A DNA stretch of 40,822 nt, taken from a virus. Taxonomy: Duplodnaviria; Caudoviricetes. Position numbers and translations under genes: made by a program. The stretch spans positions 1 through 40,822 of IMG/VR virus record IMGVR_UViG_3300026123_000009. The stretch is one strand, 5' to 3'. Positions 18,177 to 27,827 of this stretch are shown one piece after another. The stretch's first letter is position 1. Every line of letters begins with the position of its first letter. The notes beneath the pieces were generated by a model, which saw only the letters and a list, made by a program, of their open reading frames with translations, was not told the DNA's origin and searched no databases.

Positions 18177-21100
18177 ATGGCTGGTACTGGTATAATTTTA
18201 AGAACAAGTTCTAAAGAATCTTTGATTCAAGATCCTCCTGTTGTTGGCGAAATTGTTTTTGCTAATGACACAAGAGAGATCGGTGTTCTTGGTACAGACA
18301 ACCAAATTCAATGGTCTAATCTCGAAGAATTCACTGTAGCTGAGCGTGAAAAATTAGCCGCAATCGAAAATAACGCTAATAATTATTCTCTCCCTGTCGC
18401 TGGAGTACATCTTGGCGGTGTTAAATCTGGCACAGGCATTAGCGTTGATACGTTCGGCAATGTAACAGTTAAAGATAATTCGCATGCTCATCACATTGGT
18501 AATATCACTGGATTAAGCGAACAACTTTCTGATTTGCAAACAAGTATCAATACAGGTGATGCAGGTTTGCAGACTCAGATCGATCTATTCCAAATTCAGA
18601 TTGACGGTAAACAAGATGCATTAAGCTCTACTAATAATATAAAGTCTATTAATGGTCAAACAATTCTAGGAAGTGGCGATTTAGTCGTTAATCCAACTTT
18701 GGTTAACACGGGTGGTGTATTTACATGGACTGACGTTTATGGAAACACATCACAATTTACTGCAGTTAACAGCGTTTCTGGAAAAACAGGCGATATTCAA
18801 TTAGAAATTGATGATGTTAATTTTCTTCAAATCGAATTAGATGCTAAGCAAAATAATCTTATCAGTGGACAGAACTTAAGAACAGTCAATGGGAATAGTC
18901 TTCTTGGAGCAGGCAATGTCGACTTAACAACCAATTTAATTAAAGTTGGTAATGAATTACGTTATACTAATATCGATGGTACTGTTCAAGTCATTGATCT
19001 TTCTTTATATTTAGATGACACTAATCTAGCATATATCACTGGTGGTGAATATGTTGCTGCTGATAATGTTCTTAGATTTACGCGAGACGATGGCAGCACA
19101 TTCGACGTAGATGCTTCTATGTTCTTTGATGACACTAATCTAGTAACTTCCGTTTCTGGTAGAACTGGTGACATCACCATCGGAATTAATGATGTTACGA
19201 ATCTTCAGACTTCCTTAAATGCGAAGCAAGACACATTAGTTAGTGGAACAAATATCAAATCAATAAATGGTCAAACGATCATTGGTGCAGGTGATTTAGA
19301 TCTTAGTACAGATTTAAGTATTGTTGGAAACGAATTAAGATACACAAACATCGACGGTGTTTTACAGACTATTGATCTTTCGCTTTACTTAGACGACACC
19401 AACTTAGCATACATCATATCGGGTGAATATGTGTCAGCGGATAACGTTCTACGTTTCACTCGTAGTGATGATAGTACGTTTGACGTCGATGCTTCTATGT
19501 TCTTCGATGATACTAACCTAGTCACAAGCGTAGCTGGTAAAACAGGTGCAGTTTCACTCGTTAAAAACGATATTACTGATTTCGTCGAAAGTGACTACGC
19601 GCAAGATTCTCGCGTTGATAATATTGTTGCAGGTATAGAAGAAATCACTTACGACAATTCTAATACTAATTTAATTGCGACAACAGTCAAGGGTGCACTT
19701 GACGAAATACGCAACACCGATTACGACAAAACATTGGCGTATTTGCAGAAATCTTTCGTTGCGAATGAAACGATTGATATTCTGCAAAATGAAATTAGAT
19801 GTACGCCTTCAGTAACAGTTGCTTATGAAATCCCACAGCTCGACCAAACTTCAAACACATGGCAAGTTAATCAAAACGCATACGAGTTCGGTGACTACGC
19901 ACTAAATACGACGATTAAACCAAGTAACTCTATTTCTAATGGTGTGTTTACATTAGGCGAAGGATCGTTTACGACAGAAAATATCGGTATGAGAATTGTA
20001 GGTAACGGCGGCGAAGCTATTCTTATCGATGTTACGGGCAACTATCAAATTATCAATAATTTTAATGATACACTTCCAATCGATGCAGGTGATTGGAAAA
20101 TGTACGCTCTCGCGGATGTTAATAATTCTTTACAGCTTTCAAGCTATAACTCAGGTTATGACGTTCTTAACGCTGGTGGTTTTAATATTGTTTCATCTGC
20201 TGTTGAAGCTGGTGCCGCTGTTTCATGGTGTAACGAAGGTATACGCTTCTATGTTGTTACGATGACAGAAGCGAAATATTATACAGCAACCGTGCCTTAT
20301 GATTTTAGTACATTGGGTACAACTGCAACAACGTTCACATGGGATATATCTAGTGTTCAGTCATCACTTGCACCATCTCTCGTATTCCATCCAGATGGTA
20401 ATAAAATTTACACAATGACGAATGATACATCTGCAATCATTTATGAATGGGATATTTTGATTATAAATGCATTAGAAAATGGTTTACAATATTTAGGTGT
20501 TAACCAAACTATTTCAGGCGGTGCATATCAAGAAACTTCTGTTCATGGTTTCAGATTCAATAAAGCCGGTACCACAATTTACATAGCTGGTACTACTCAT
20601 GCTGGACGAGTTACAGCGATACCTATGTCAGAATGGGATATCACTACAATCAATGCTGCTAGTGCAAACATAAAAGATTTAAGTTCAACTATAGGTCTTA
20701 ATGGTATCACTGGTTTTGAAATGTCTCCTGACGGCAAACACATGTTTTTACTTGTAGATAATGACTATAAAGTTGATCAGTTTACATTAACAACCCCTTA
20801 TGATTTAACAACTGCTACTTTCTACGGTTCAACGACATTTGGTTATCAAACAAATTCAACTGGATTATTGTTAAACTTCGGTGGCGCACAATTAGCATCG
20901 ATAGGTTCAAATTTAACATATTTCGTTCTTGGCGAAGTCCAATTTGTTTCCGATAAGTACTTCCCAGCAGTAACAAGTGCAGTTGGTACAATTAACACTG
21001 ATTTTTGGACTGACATCAACGATATTACTATTAATGAAACTAAAAATGCGCAAGAATTATATTATGCAATTAGCAATGACGATCGTGATTCATGGGCAGT

Positions 21101-22553
21101 TGCACAATCAGGTTATGGCATAAGAAATATAGTTAGAAATAATGCTGGCACATGGGAATACAATAACGCACAAACTTCATATGATTTCATTAAACGTGTA
21201 ATTAAACAATTTAATGTTACTGATTTTGAACATGCCTCTATGACAAGTGGAAGAACTTTAGTAGCACTGAACGGTAACAACTTCGGGTCTTACATCATTC
21301 TTAACAAGAAAGGTGAAATTATTAGACAAGAAGAAGTGTTTAATCTGAATGATTCTAGGAATATCATTGCTAGTAAGTTGGGTTCTGATAAAGTTCTTAT
21401 TGCATATGAAGATGGCGGAGATTCATATAAAGGTAAATTTATTGTAATCGATGACAATGGTGATATTCTTTACAATAATAAAATCTTTAATAACGATGAA
21501 ACACATGAGTTAACCGCTCACGAAGTTCAGCAAGGAAATGTTGCGTTAGCATTTAGAGATTCAGATGATAACGGTAAATTCCTAATTATAAACGAATCAA
21601 CATCGATTGTAGTTACTAAGAAAACATTCGCCTACCTTCCAAGTAAGATTGATATGACACAACTAAGCAGTACAAACGGTGTTATTTCTTGGACTGACGG
21701 TGTAACTGGGCATGGCAAATTTGTCGTGATGAATACAGCAGGTTCAATCATTGTACCAGAAACTACATTCAATGCTTCACAGACAATTAGTCAACATGTT
21801 AAAACGCTAAACAACGATAATATTTTATTCGTATTTTCAGATGGCTCAAACAACAATTATGCGTCATACGCAATATATAATTCAGCCGGGTCTCAAGTTA
21901 CAGCGACCACTCCTTGGACAACATACGGTGTAGATTATATTAGTGCTTGGTCAATGAGCAATGGAAATACAATGATTACGTACAAAAACATTGATACTGG
22001 TTCAGCCTATATTAAGATTGTAGATGAAGATTTCGTTGATGTTTTAACTGATACAGTAATCAACGTTTGGGATACAAACAATATTATCTTGAAGCAAATG
22101 GATGATGGGGATATTGTATTCATTTATAACGACTTTGAAAACAGCAATTATCCAGTTATTGATTCCTACAACGTAGATGGCAATAAAGTTCAAATATCCG
22201 GGTTTAATACAAATGAGAATTGGGTAACTTGTACAAATAACAACGAATTTGAAGCATTAACTGAGGCGATGTCAATCGAAATCAATAGAATGGATTCAAT
22301 TCAGGCAGAAGCTATTAAAGATTGGTCGCAAGAAACTTATACTCTTGCAACAGAGTTGGATTTAGCTGTTATCTTTAAGACTTCACAAGAAACACAAACA
22401 CCGGTATATTCTGGAACGGTAATTAGTTATGACGGTAACGTAACTCATCAATATGCACACATTGGTGAAGAATTCAACGTTGAACAATTCGAAGATAGAA
22501 TTATTAGGTTTACTGCACTGATTGATGGAAACTTTACAATAAGGGTATCATAA
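18177..22553 (+). CDS. Large tail fibre/receptor-binding protein (1458 aa) with shaft repeats and beta-propeller-like regions
   Basis: Mtd-N-like start; VTSVxGKTG and SGTNIKSING repeats; F.PDG.K...(W/Y)D.ST repeats; C-terminal ~47-aa repeats. Confidence 0.85.
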   Translation: MAGTGIILRTSSKESLIQDPPVVGEIVFANDTREIGVLGTDNQIQWSNLEEFTVAEREKLAAIENNANNYSLPVAGVHLGGVKSGTGISVDTFGNVTVKDNSHAHHIGNITGLSEQLSDLQTSINTGDAGLQTQIDLFQIQIDGKQDALSSTNNIKSINGQTILGSGDLVVNPTLVNTGGVFTWTDVYGNTSQFTAVNSVSGKTGDIQLEIDDVNFLQIELDAKQNNLISGQNLRTVNGNSLLGAGNVDLTTNLIKVGNELRYTNIDGTVQVIDLSLYLDDTNLAYITGGEYVAADNVLRFTRDDGSTFDVDASMFFDDTNLVTSVSGRTGDITIGINDVTNLQTSLNAKQDTLVSGTNIKSINGQTIIGAGDLDLSTDLSIVGNELRYTNIDGVLQTIDLSLYLDDTNLAYIISGEYVSADNVLRFTRSDDSTFDVDASMFFDDTNLVTSVAGKTGAVSLVKNDITDFVESDYAQDSRVDNIVAGIEEITYDNSNTNLIATTVKGALDEIRNTDYDKTLAYLQKSFVANETIDILQNEIRCTPSVTVAYEIPQLDQTSNTWQVNQNAYEFGDYALNTTIKPSNSISNGVFTLGEGSFTTENIGMRIVGNGGEAILIDVTGNYQIINNFNDTLPIDAGDWKMYALADVNNSLQLSSYNSGYDVLNAGGFNIVSSAVEAGAAVSWCNEGIRFYVVTMTEAKYYTATVPYDFSTLGTTATTFTWDISSVQSSLAPSLVFHPDGNKIYTMTNDTSAIIYEWDILIINALENGLQYLGVNQTISGGAYQETSVHGFRFNKAGTTIYIAGTTHAGRVTAIPMSEWDITTINAASANIKDLSSTIGLNGITGFEMSPDGKHMFLLVDNDYKVDQFTLTTPYDLTTATFYGSTTFGYQTNSTGLLLNFGGAQLASIGSNLTYFVLGEVQFVSDKYFPAVTSAVGTINTDFWTDINDITINETKNAQELYYAISNDDRDSWAVAQSGYGIRNIVRNNAGTWEYNNAQTSYDFIKRVIKQFNVTDFEHASMTSGRTLVALNGNNFGSYIILNKKGEIIRQEEVFNLNDSRNIIASKLGSDKVLIAYEDGGDSYKGKFIVIDDNGDILYNNKIFNNDETHELTAHEVQQGNVALAFRDSDDNGKFLIINESTSIVVTKKTFAYLPSKIDMTQLSSTNGVISWTDGVTGHGKFVVMNTAGSIIVPETTFNASQTISQHVKTLNNDNILFVFSDGSNNNYASYAIYNSAGSQVTATTPWTTYGVDYISAWSMSNGNTMITYKNIDTGSAYIKIVDEDFVDVLTDTVINVWDTNNIILKQMDDGDIVFIYNDFENSNYPVIDSYNVDGNKVQISGFNTNENWVTCTNNNEFEALTEAMSIEINRMDSIQAEAIKDWSQETYTLATELDLAVIFKTSQETQTPVYSGTVISYDGNVTHQYAHIGEEFNVEQFEDRIIRFTALIDGNFTIRVS
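18765..19547 (+). repeat. 378-bp (126-aa) tandem duplication within the fibre gene
   Basis: Unit starts at 18765, 19143 and 19521 (partial); second halves nearly identical in protein. Confidence 0.9.
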
Positions 22554-22837
22554 TGAGAAGATCAAAAGAAGAATTAGAAAAAATAGTTGCTATCCCTGTG
22601 CTAGAAAAACTAGCGCAGGAGCACATTACAAAAACTGTTAAAAGTTTAGGATACAAAACCGAAGATTCTATCGCTAAATATTTAGTTACTGGAAATCATT
22701 ATTACGATGAGTGTAAAGCACTTTCTATATGGATCGGTGACGTATGGAAGACTACATATGACATCATCAATGAAATAAAATATGCCAATAGGAGTATTCC
22801 AAAAGACTTCGTAGCACTTTTACCTGCTTATAAATAG
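22553..22837 (+). CDS. Small tail-fibre assembly-like protein (94 aa)
   Basis: TAATG coupling to the fibre gene; GY...SI..Y.......E..AL..W...VW...Y pattern of fibre-associated chaperones. Confidence 0.7.
   Translation: MRRSKEELEKIVAIPVLEKLAQEHITKTVKSLGYKTEDSIAKYLVTGNHYYDECKALSIWIGDVWKTTYDIINEIKYANRSIPKDFVALLPAYK
22829..22836 (+). promoter_or_regulatory. T4 late promoter TATAAATA
   Basis: Exact consensus encoded by Y-K-stop of the upstream ORF. Confidence 0.8.
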
Positions 22838-22860
22838 TATAAAACAAGGTAAAAGAGCTG

Positions 22861-24633
22861 ATGACTCCTGATGTAATTACAACAACCGCAGATAATGTTC
22901 AACCGATATATTATCGTGAAAGCGGCGACATTGCCGCGTTCGTTGGGATGTTCGAAAAAGGTCCGATTAATAAACCAGTTTTCATTAAGACTGCCAATCA
23001 GTTTAAACTTACATTTGGTAGGGCTACAAACTCTAATTACAACGACTGGTATCAGGTATATAATTATCTACAATATGCTAATGGTATATGGGTTAATAGA
23101 TCCTCTGGTGACTATACATTTAATGCATCATCGATAGGCCCTATCGACGTCATTAATGACGATGACGAATTTAGGGAAAAGGAATCGACAATCGTTGTTC
23201 CCTCAAACGAGTATTTTACATTTGTCGCACAAACAGCTGGTGAATGGGGAAACCTATTATCAGTAGCAGTTATTACAAAGGTTGATTGGGACTTAAACGT
23301 TCCATTAAAAGGTAATACGAAAGCAAGAGACGTTTTTCCAAGTTTTAAAGAAGATTATTATGGTTTCGTTATTTTCAGAAAAGATCAGGTTGTAGAAAGT
23401 TTCTTTAAAACATCAACAAATATCGATCAAATAAACGACGAATCTAATTACATTTACGTTAAGTCACGTTTAAGTGCATATAGTAATGCGTTTTACGACG
23501 AAAATTATATGCATTTTAATGGGAATTTTGATTATTTTAACGGGAATGAATATCTCTATAATGGCAACTATGATATCAGCGCTGATGGCGACATATTTTT
23601 AATTGATGGTAATTATGCATTAGTCGACGGAAATTCCGGTGTTCAATTGGTACGTTCGTACTACGGTGATAATATCATTAAATTGAATGGTGGAGCTAAT
23701 AGCGTACCTTCATCTATATTATTTAAAGAATCACACGAAATATTAAAACATGTCGATAATTATGATATTGATATTATCATCGGTAATGACATAGATAATG
23801 CTCTAGCAGTAGATATTGCAGAAACACGAAAAGATTGCATTGCATTTATTGGCATCCCTGCGATTTATTTAACGTTCTTAGAGATATTCCAATTTGGCAT
23901 TAAAAAGATTTTCCATCTTGAAGATCATAGAGAATTATTAATTAAACAACAATTTTTCGGTTTTAATAAATCTGAAGATGTTTATGTTGAGATTGACAAA
24001 TATCTTGATAGTATTCCGTTTAGTCAATATGTACACTTTACAATGAATGCTAAACAACAGCTTGATCCATTCACTAATAAGTATAGAGCAATTAATATAG
24101 CTGGCGATATTGCTGGACTAAAGGCGAAATCGAGTTATGATTCGCCATGGACAGTCGCAGCTGGTCTAGAACGTGGCATCATTAAAAATATGTATAAAAT
24201 GCTTATTCAAGTTGACGATAGACGTAAGAAAATTTATTACAGGAATGGTCTTAACTTTGTTGAAGACGGTGCACTTATGACTCAGAAGACATATACGACT
24301 ATTCCAACATCGTTTAATAGGGTAAATGTTCGAGCATTATTTAACCATGTCGAAAAAATAGTAGCTAGAAATTTAAGATTACACCTATTTAAAGAGAACA
24401 CTGTGGATTTACGCGGCATGATTACATCAGAAGTTAAACGTTTCTTAGAAAATGTAAAAGCTAGTCGCGGCATTGATTGGGGTAGAGTTGAAGTTCACCC
24501 TGATAAAAATGATCCAAACGCAATTGTTGTCGATGTTTATATTAAACCAATTTACGTAGCTGAATACATTCAGTTAAGAATGAAGAATGTTGGCACTGAT
24601 ACAGTTTCAAATATATTAAGTAGTACATTGTAG
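22861..24633 (+). CDS. gp18: Second, divergent tail sheath (gp18 paralogue, 590 aa)
   Basis: F.KGP, FG.....NYND.YQ.YN.LQY, DIDIIIGN, R.DCIAFIG, NIAGDIAGL, AGLERG.IKN, SF.RVNVR.LFN, D.YIKP.YVAE.IQLR..N.GT all align to the 6903-8816 sheath. Confidence 0.9.
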   Translation: MTPDVITTTADNVQPIYYRESGDIAAFVGMFEKGPINKPVFIKTANQFKLTFGRATNSNYNDWYQVYNYLQYANGIWVNRSSGDYTFNASSIGPIDVINDDDEFREKESTIVVPSNEYFTFVAQTAGEWGNLLSVAVITKVDWDLNVPLKGNTKARDVFPSFKEDYYGFVIFRKDQVVESFFKTSTNIDQINDESNYIYVKSRLSAYSNAFYDENYMHFNGNFDYFNGNEYLYNGNYDISADGDIFLIDGNYALVDGNSGVQLVRSYYGDNIIKLNGGANSVPSSILFKESHEILKHVDNYDIDIIIGNDIDNALAVDIAETRKDCIAFIGIPAIYLTFLEIFQFGIKKIFHLEDHRELLIKQQFFGFNKSEDVYVEIDKYLDSIPFSQYVHFTMNAKQQLDPFTNKYRAINIAGDIAGLKAKSSYDSPWTVAAGLERGIIKNMYKMLIQVDDRRKKIYYRNGLNFVEDGALMTQKTYTTIPTSFNRVNVRALFNHVEKIVARNLRLHLFKENTVDLRGMITSEVKRFLENVKASRGIDWGRVEVHPDKNDPNAIVVDVYIKPIYVAEYIQLRMKNVGTDTVSNILSSTL

Positions 24634-24659
24634 TACTAAAAAGTTTTTAGGAGAATAAA

Positions 24660-25571
24660 ATGGCATATGCAACGATACACGATTTAGAAGAGTTGTTAGC
24701 ACAAGATGCCGAGTCTTATCATGATTATATGTTATTGACTCGAGATGATACTTCTTATAGGGTATCTGTTGAAACATTAAAGGACATGATGACTGGTCTT
24801 TGGGGAAATGAACGTTTCGAAATGTTCAATAAAGTACTCACGAGTCCAAGTAACTTAATTCACGCTAACACACTTCAATATAATGTTATTGCCGACGAAG
24901 ATTTAGTACGTGGCGATATAGTAATGATTCAAGATAATAACTTGAATCCAAACGAAGCGTCTGTTAAAAAACATGACGGCCAGGGTACGGCTCTGGGTAT
25001 AGTTAAAGAAGATGTATTAGCGACAGAACAAGCTACTATCATTATTAGTGGTATTTATGACAACTTTGACGATGCTCATCCTGTTAATACGTCTATGTTC
25101 CAAAAAGGCGATATTTTATTCATGGGACCTACTGGTGAATTTACAAATGTTAAACCAACAGCAGGTTTAGAGCAGCAAGTTGGTGTTATTGCGGCAGTGA
25201 ACGAAACGCATGGTGCAATTGTACTTAACTTTGACGGTCAAATTGAAAAGTCGCGCCAAATTGAATATGATAGAACAGTCTCAAATGTTTCGTCATCAAA
25301 CGTTCAAGATGCTTTGGACGAAATTTGGTCAATTCTTTATACTGAAATGTATACCTCGCCAAGATTATTAATCAACAACGATTACGCGACATTGCCAAGA
25401 ATTCCAGTTGGAACAATAGTAAATGACATGGCAATGGTTTTCGACGATTCTTCAACCAATGTTTGTGAAGATTACACGTGTTCAGTGAATGGTAATTTCT
25501 TAGTTTTTGATGGTGCAGATTATCTTGATGGGAAATACGCTAAAGTATCTTACTTAACAATTAAGATATAA
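24660..25571 (+). CDS. Putative virion structural protein (303 aa)
   Basis: AGGAG SD; G..L......G..T..KP...Q.VG module and SNVQDALDEI motif seen in fibre proteins. Confidence 0.7.
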   Translation: MAYATIHDLEELLAQDAESYHDYMLLTRDDTSYRVSVETLKDMMTGLWGNERFEMFNKVLTSPSNLIHANTLQYNVIADEDLVRGDIVMIQDNNLNPNEASVKKHDGQGTALGIVKEDVLATEQATIIISGIYDNFDDAHPVNTSMFQKGDILFMGPTGEFTNVKPTAGLEQQVGVIAAVNETHGAIVLNFDGQIEKSRQIEYDRTVSNVSSSNVQDALDEIWSILYTEMYTSPRLLINNDYATLPRIPVGTIVNDMAMVFDDSSTNVCEDYTCSVNGNFLVFDGADYLDGKYAKVSYLTIKI

Positions 25572-25574
25572 ATA
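25567..25574 (+). promoter_or_regulatory. T4 late promoter TATAAATA
   Basis: Exact consensus overlapping the upstream stop codon. Confidence 0.8.
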
Positions 25575-25596
25575 GTTAAAAAATCGGAGTTTAATA

Positions 25597-27261
25597 GTGG
25601 CTAAAATATTAAGAAAACAAAGTTCCATAGAGAATTTAATACAAGATCTCGCTGACCTAGTATCAGTCGATAACGGTCTTCAATCGCAAATTGGTTCACT
25701 TAACGATTTAGAAACTACGTTGCATGATAATCTTGTTGTCGCTATTAACGAGATCGAAGCTAATTCGAATAACATTGACGATAGATTACATTATATTGAA
25801 GTTTCTTCTGGTCTTTTAAATGCCGAGTTTAGTAATGGTGCAACGACAGTCGTTGAAGCTATCGATTTAAATTACCAACACATTGATGAACACCATTACG
25901 AAATAAATGGTTTAATTGGGTTCACCGGCCAAGGAATCGTATTAGATACTAACGCCACTGCATTGGCTCCGGCAATTAACGAACTTCATACACAGGCCGA
26001 TGATAGTACAGCGAGAATTATTGCATTAGAAATTTTAACTGATATAGGCAATAATACTTTAGATACATCCGATCAAACTTTGATTGGAAGTATAAACGAA
26101 TTACATACTCAGATTGATAGTAATACCTCGAGAGTTTATACAGTAGAAGTTTTCACTGGCCTGGGTACAACACTAGACACTGCCGCGGTTGATTTAGCTC
26201 ACGCTATAAACGAATTACATACGCAAATTGATAGTAATACAGACAGAGCATCTGTTCTTGAGACATTATCTGGTTTAGGAATTCCATTAGATACTACTGC
26301 CACTGACATCATTTCAGCTATTAATGAAATCCACGCACAAACCGATGACCAAGAAAATCGTATTATTGCTTTAGAAACATTAACAAATATTGGCAATAAC
26401 ACATTAGATACTAACAATCCTACTCTAATCGGTGCTATTAACGAAATTCATGCACAAGTTGATTCATTGCAAGATGTGCAAGATAATGACTTATTAAGAA
26501 AAGACGACAACTTAGCTAGTTTGGTTTCGGCTGCAACAGCACGCATTAACCTAGATGTTTACAATAGATCTGAAGTCGAAAGTTTAATTAGAGTCGCAGA
26601 GATTAATCTTGGAAGTAGTTTCACTGTAGATGATCATACCGCTAAAGACGCACTAGCGGATTTAACAGTTGGCGACAATGTATTCGTTGTTGATGATGGC
26701 GACGCCAAATGGGCTATCTATAAAGTAACAGCTGTCACAGACGGCAATGGAAGTACATCATCTTTCGAAAAAATTATGGATCAGGATATATACCTGAACG
26801 CTATTTCGAAAGAAACAATTAAAACAACGTACGAAAGTAATGACAACACAAATGCATATACTGATGATGAACAGTTTAAGGTTTCACAATTATCAGTAAC
26901 TTCACCGATTGATCTTGATAAAGTTGTACAAAATGATGAGCTTAATACTAGTTTAACACTCGACAATGCTTCTTTTACAGACATTCCAAGTTCCTTCGCG
27001 GTAAAAGCTTATATAAATAATACAAATGTAGATAATTTAAAGAGTTCGAACAACTTAAGTGACTTATCTAGTACGTTATTAGCAAGAACTAATTTGGACG
27101 TTTACAGTAAAGATGAAACATTCCAGTTAATTCTTGACAATGCAGGAACATCAGGTTCTGGTGGTGACGTAACCGGAGAAGAGTTCCAATTAGCATTAGA
27201 TGATATTGCCAAAATGAAGAAGAATTACTTTTTTGGCCTCAATCTACTAGGTAAGATTTAA
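25597..27261 (+). CDS. Fibrous protein with about 7 LDT...AINE(L/I)H repeats (554 aa)
   Basis: GTG start with GGAG SD; 38-41-aa repeats; two NL..L.....AR.NLDVY modules. Confidence 0.82.
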   Translation: MAKILRKQSSIENLIQDLADLVSVDNGLQSQIGSLNDLETTLHDNLVVAINEIEANSNNIDDRLHYIEVSSGLLNAEFSNGATTVVEAIDLNYQHIDEHHYEINGLIGFTGQGIVLDTNATALAPAINELHTQADDSTARIIALEILTDIGNNTLDTSDQTLIGSINELHTQIDSNTSRVYTVEVFTGLGTTLDTAAVDLAHAINELHTQIDSNTDRASVLETLSGLGIPLDTTATDIISAINEIHAQTDDQENRIIALETLTNIGNNTLDTNNPTLIGAINEIHAQVDSLQDVQDNDLLRKDDNLASLVSAATARINLDVYNRSEVESLIRVAEINLGSSFTVDDHTAKDALADLTVGDNVFVVDDGDAKWAIYKVTAVTDGNGSTSSFEKIMDQDIYLNAISKETIKTTYESNDNTNAYTDDEQFKVSQLSVTSPIDLDKVVQNDELNTSLTLDNASFTDIPSSFAVKAYINNTNVDNLKSSNNLSDLSSTLLARTNLDVYSKDETFQLILDNAGTSGSGGDVTGEEFQLALDDIAKMKKNYFFGLNLLGKI

Positions 27262-27285
27262 AAAATTTAAAGGAGAAAACCCACA

Positions 27286-27789
27286 ATGGCATTAAAAGAA
27301 GCAGTACAGGCGGTCTATAATAAGGTTCAAACGGATCTTACTACAGCAACTCCTGAAGAATTGGCTTATTTAAGTACGTCATTAGAGAAAATCGGTGGCC
27401 GCGCAACTGTTTACGATGTAATGGAAGCAGGCGATGACAAAATTGCTGAAATTGAGCAAGCAGGTAACACTGCAATTGCCAATATCAATACAGACTTGTC
27501 GACAATAGAAAGCGATTTTAATAGTGACATTCAATCGATCGTTGATACAGCAACAGTTAATATCAATACGGCTGCATCTGCGGCACAATCAAATATTAAT
27601 GGATATGTTTCAGCAGCAGAAAGTTCGGTTCAGGACGCAACAGATAATTTAACAGCGAGTGCAGAAGCAGCAACTGCCAGTGTCGATAGTGCTTCAGCAG
27701 CATTAACAGATGCGGCAGCGGTTGCAAATCAACAAGCAATGAACGGTTCGCAGTTTAATCTAATGCTCTACGCATCGCTCTTTAAATAG
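27286..27789 (+). CDS. Ala-rich coiled-coil structural protein (167 aa)
   Basis: AAGGAG SD; ATPEELAYL..LEKIGG head followed by coiled coil. Confidence 0.78.
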   Translation: MALKEAVQAVYNKVQTDLTTATPEELAYLSTSLEKIGGRATVYDVMEAGDDKIAEIEQAGNTAIANINTDLSTIESDFNSDIQSIVDTATVNINTAASAAQSNINGYVSAAESSVQDATDNLTASAEAATASVDSASAALTDAAAVANQQAMNGSQFNLMLYASLFK

Positions 27790-27791
27790 AA

Positions 27792-27799
27792 TATAAATA
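27792..27799 (+). promoter_or_regulatory. T4 late promoter TATAAATA
   Basis: Exact consensus, intergenic. Confidence 0.8.
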
Positions 27800-27827
27800 C
27801 AATTAAAATAATTAACAGGAGAATAAA

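Noticed and set aside
27012-27019. TATAAATA inside ORF 25597
   Set aside because: About 270 bp from the next start, much farther than most other sites; likely chance in AT-rich DNA
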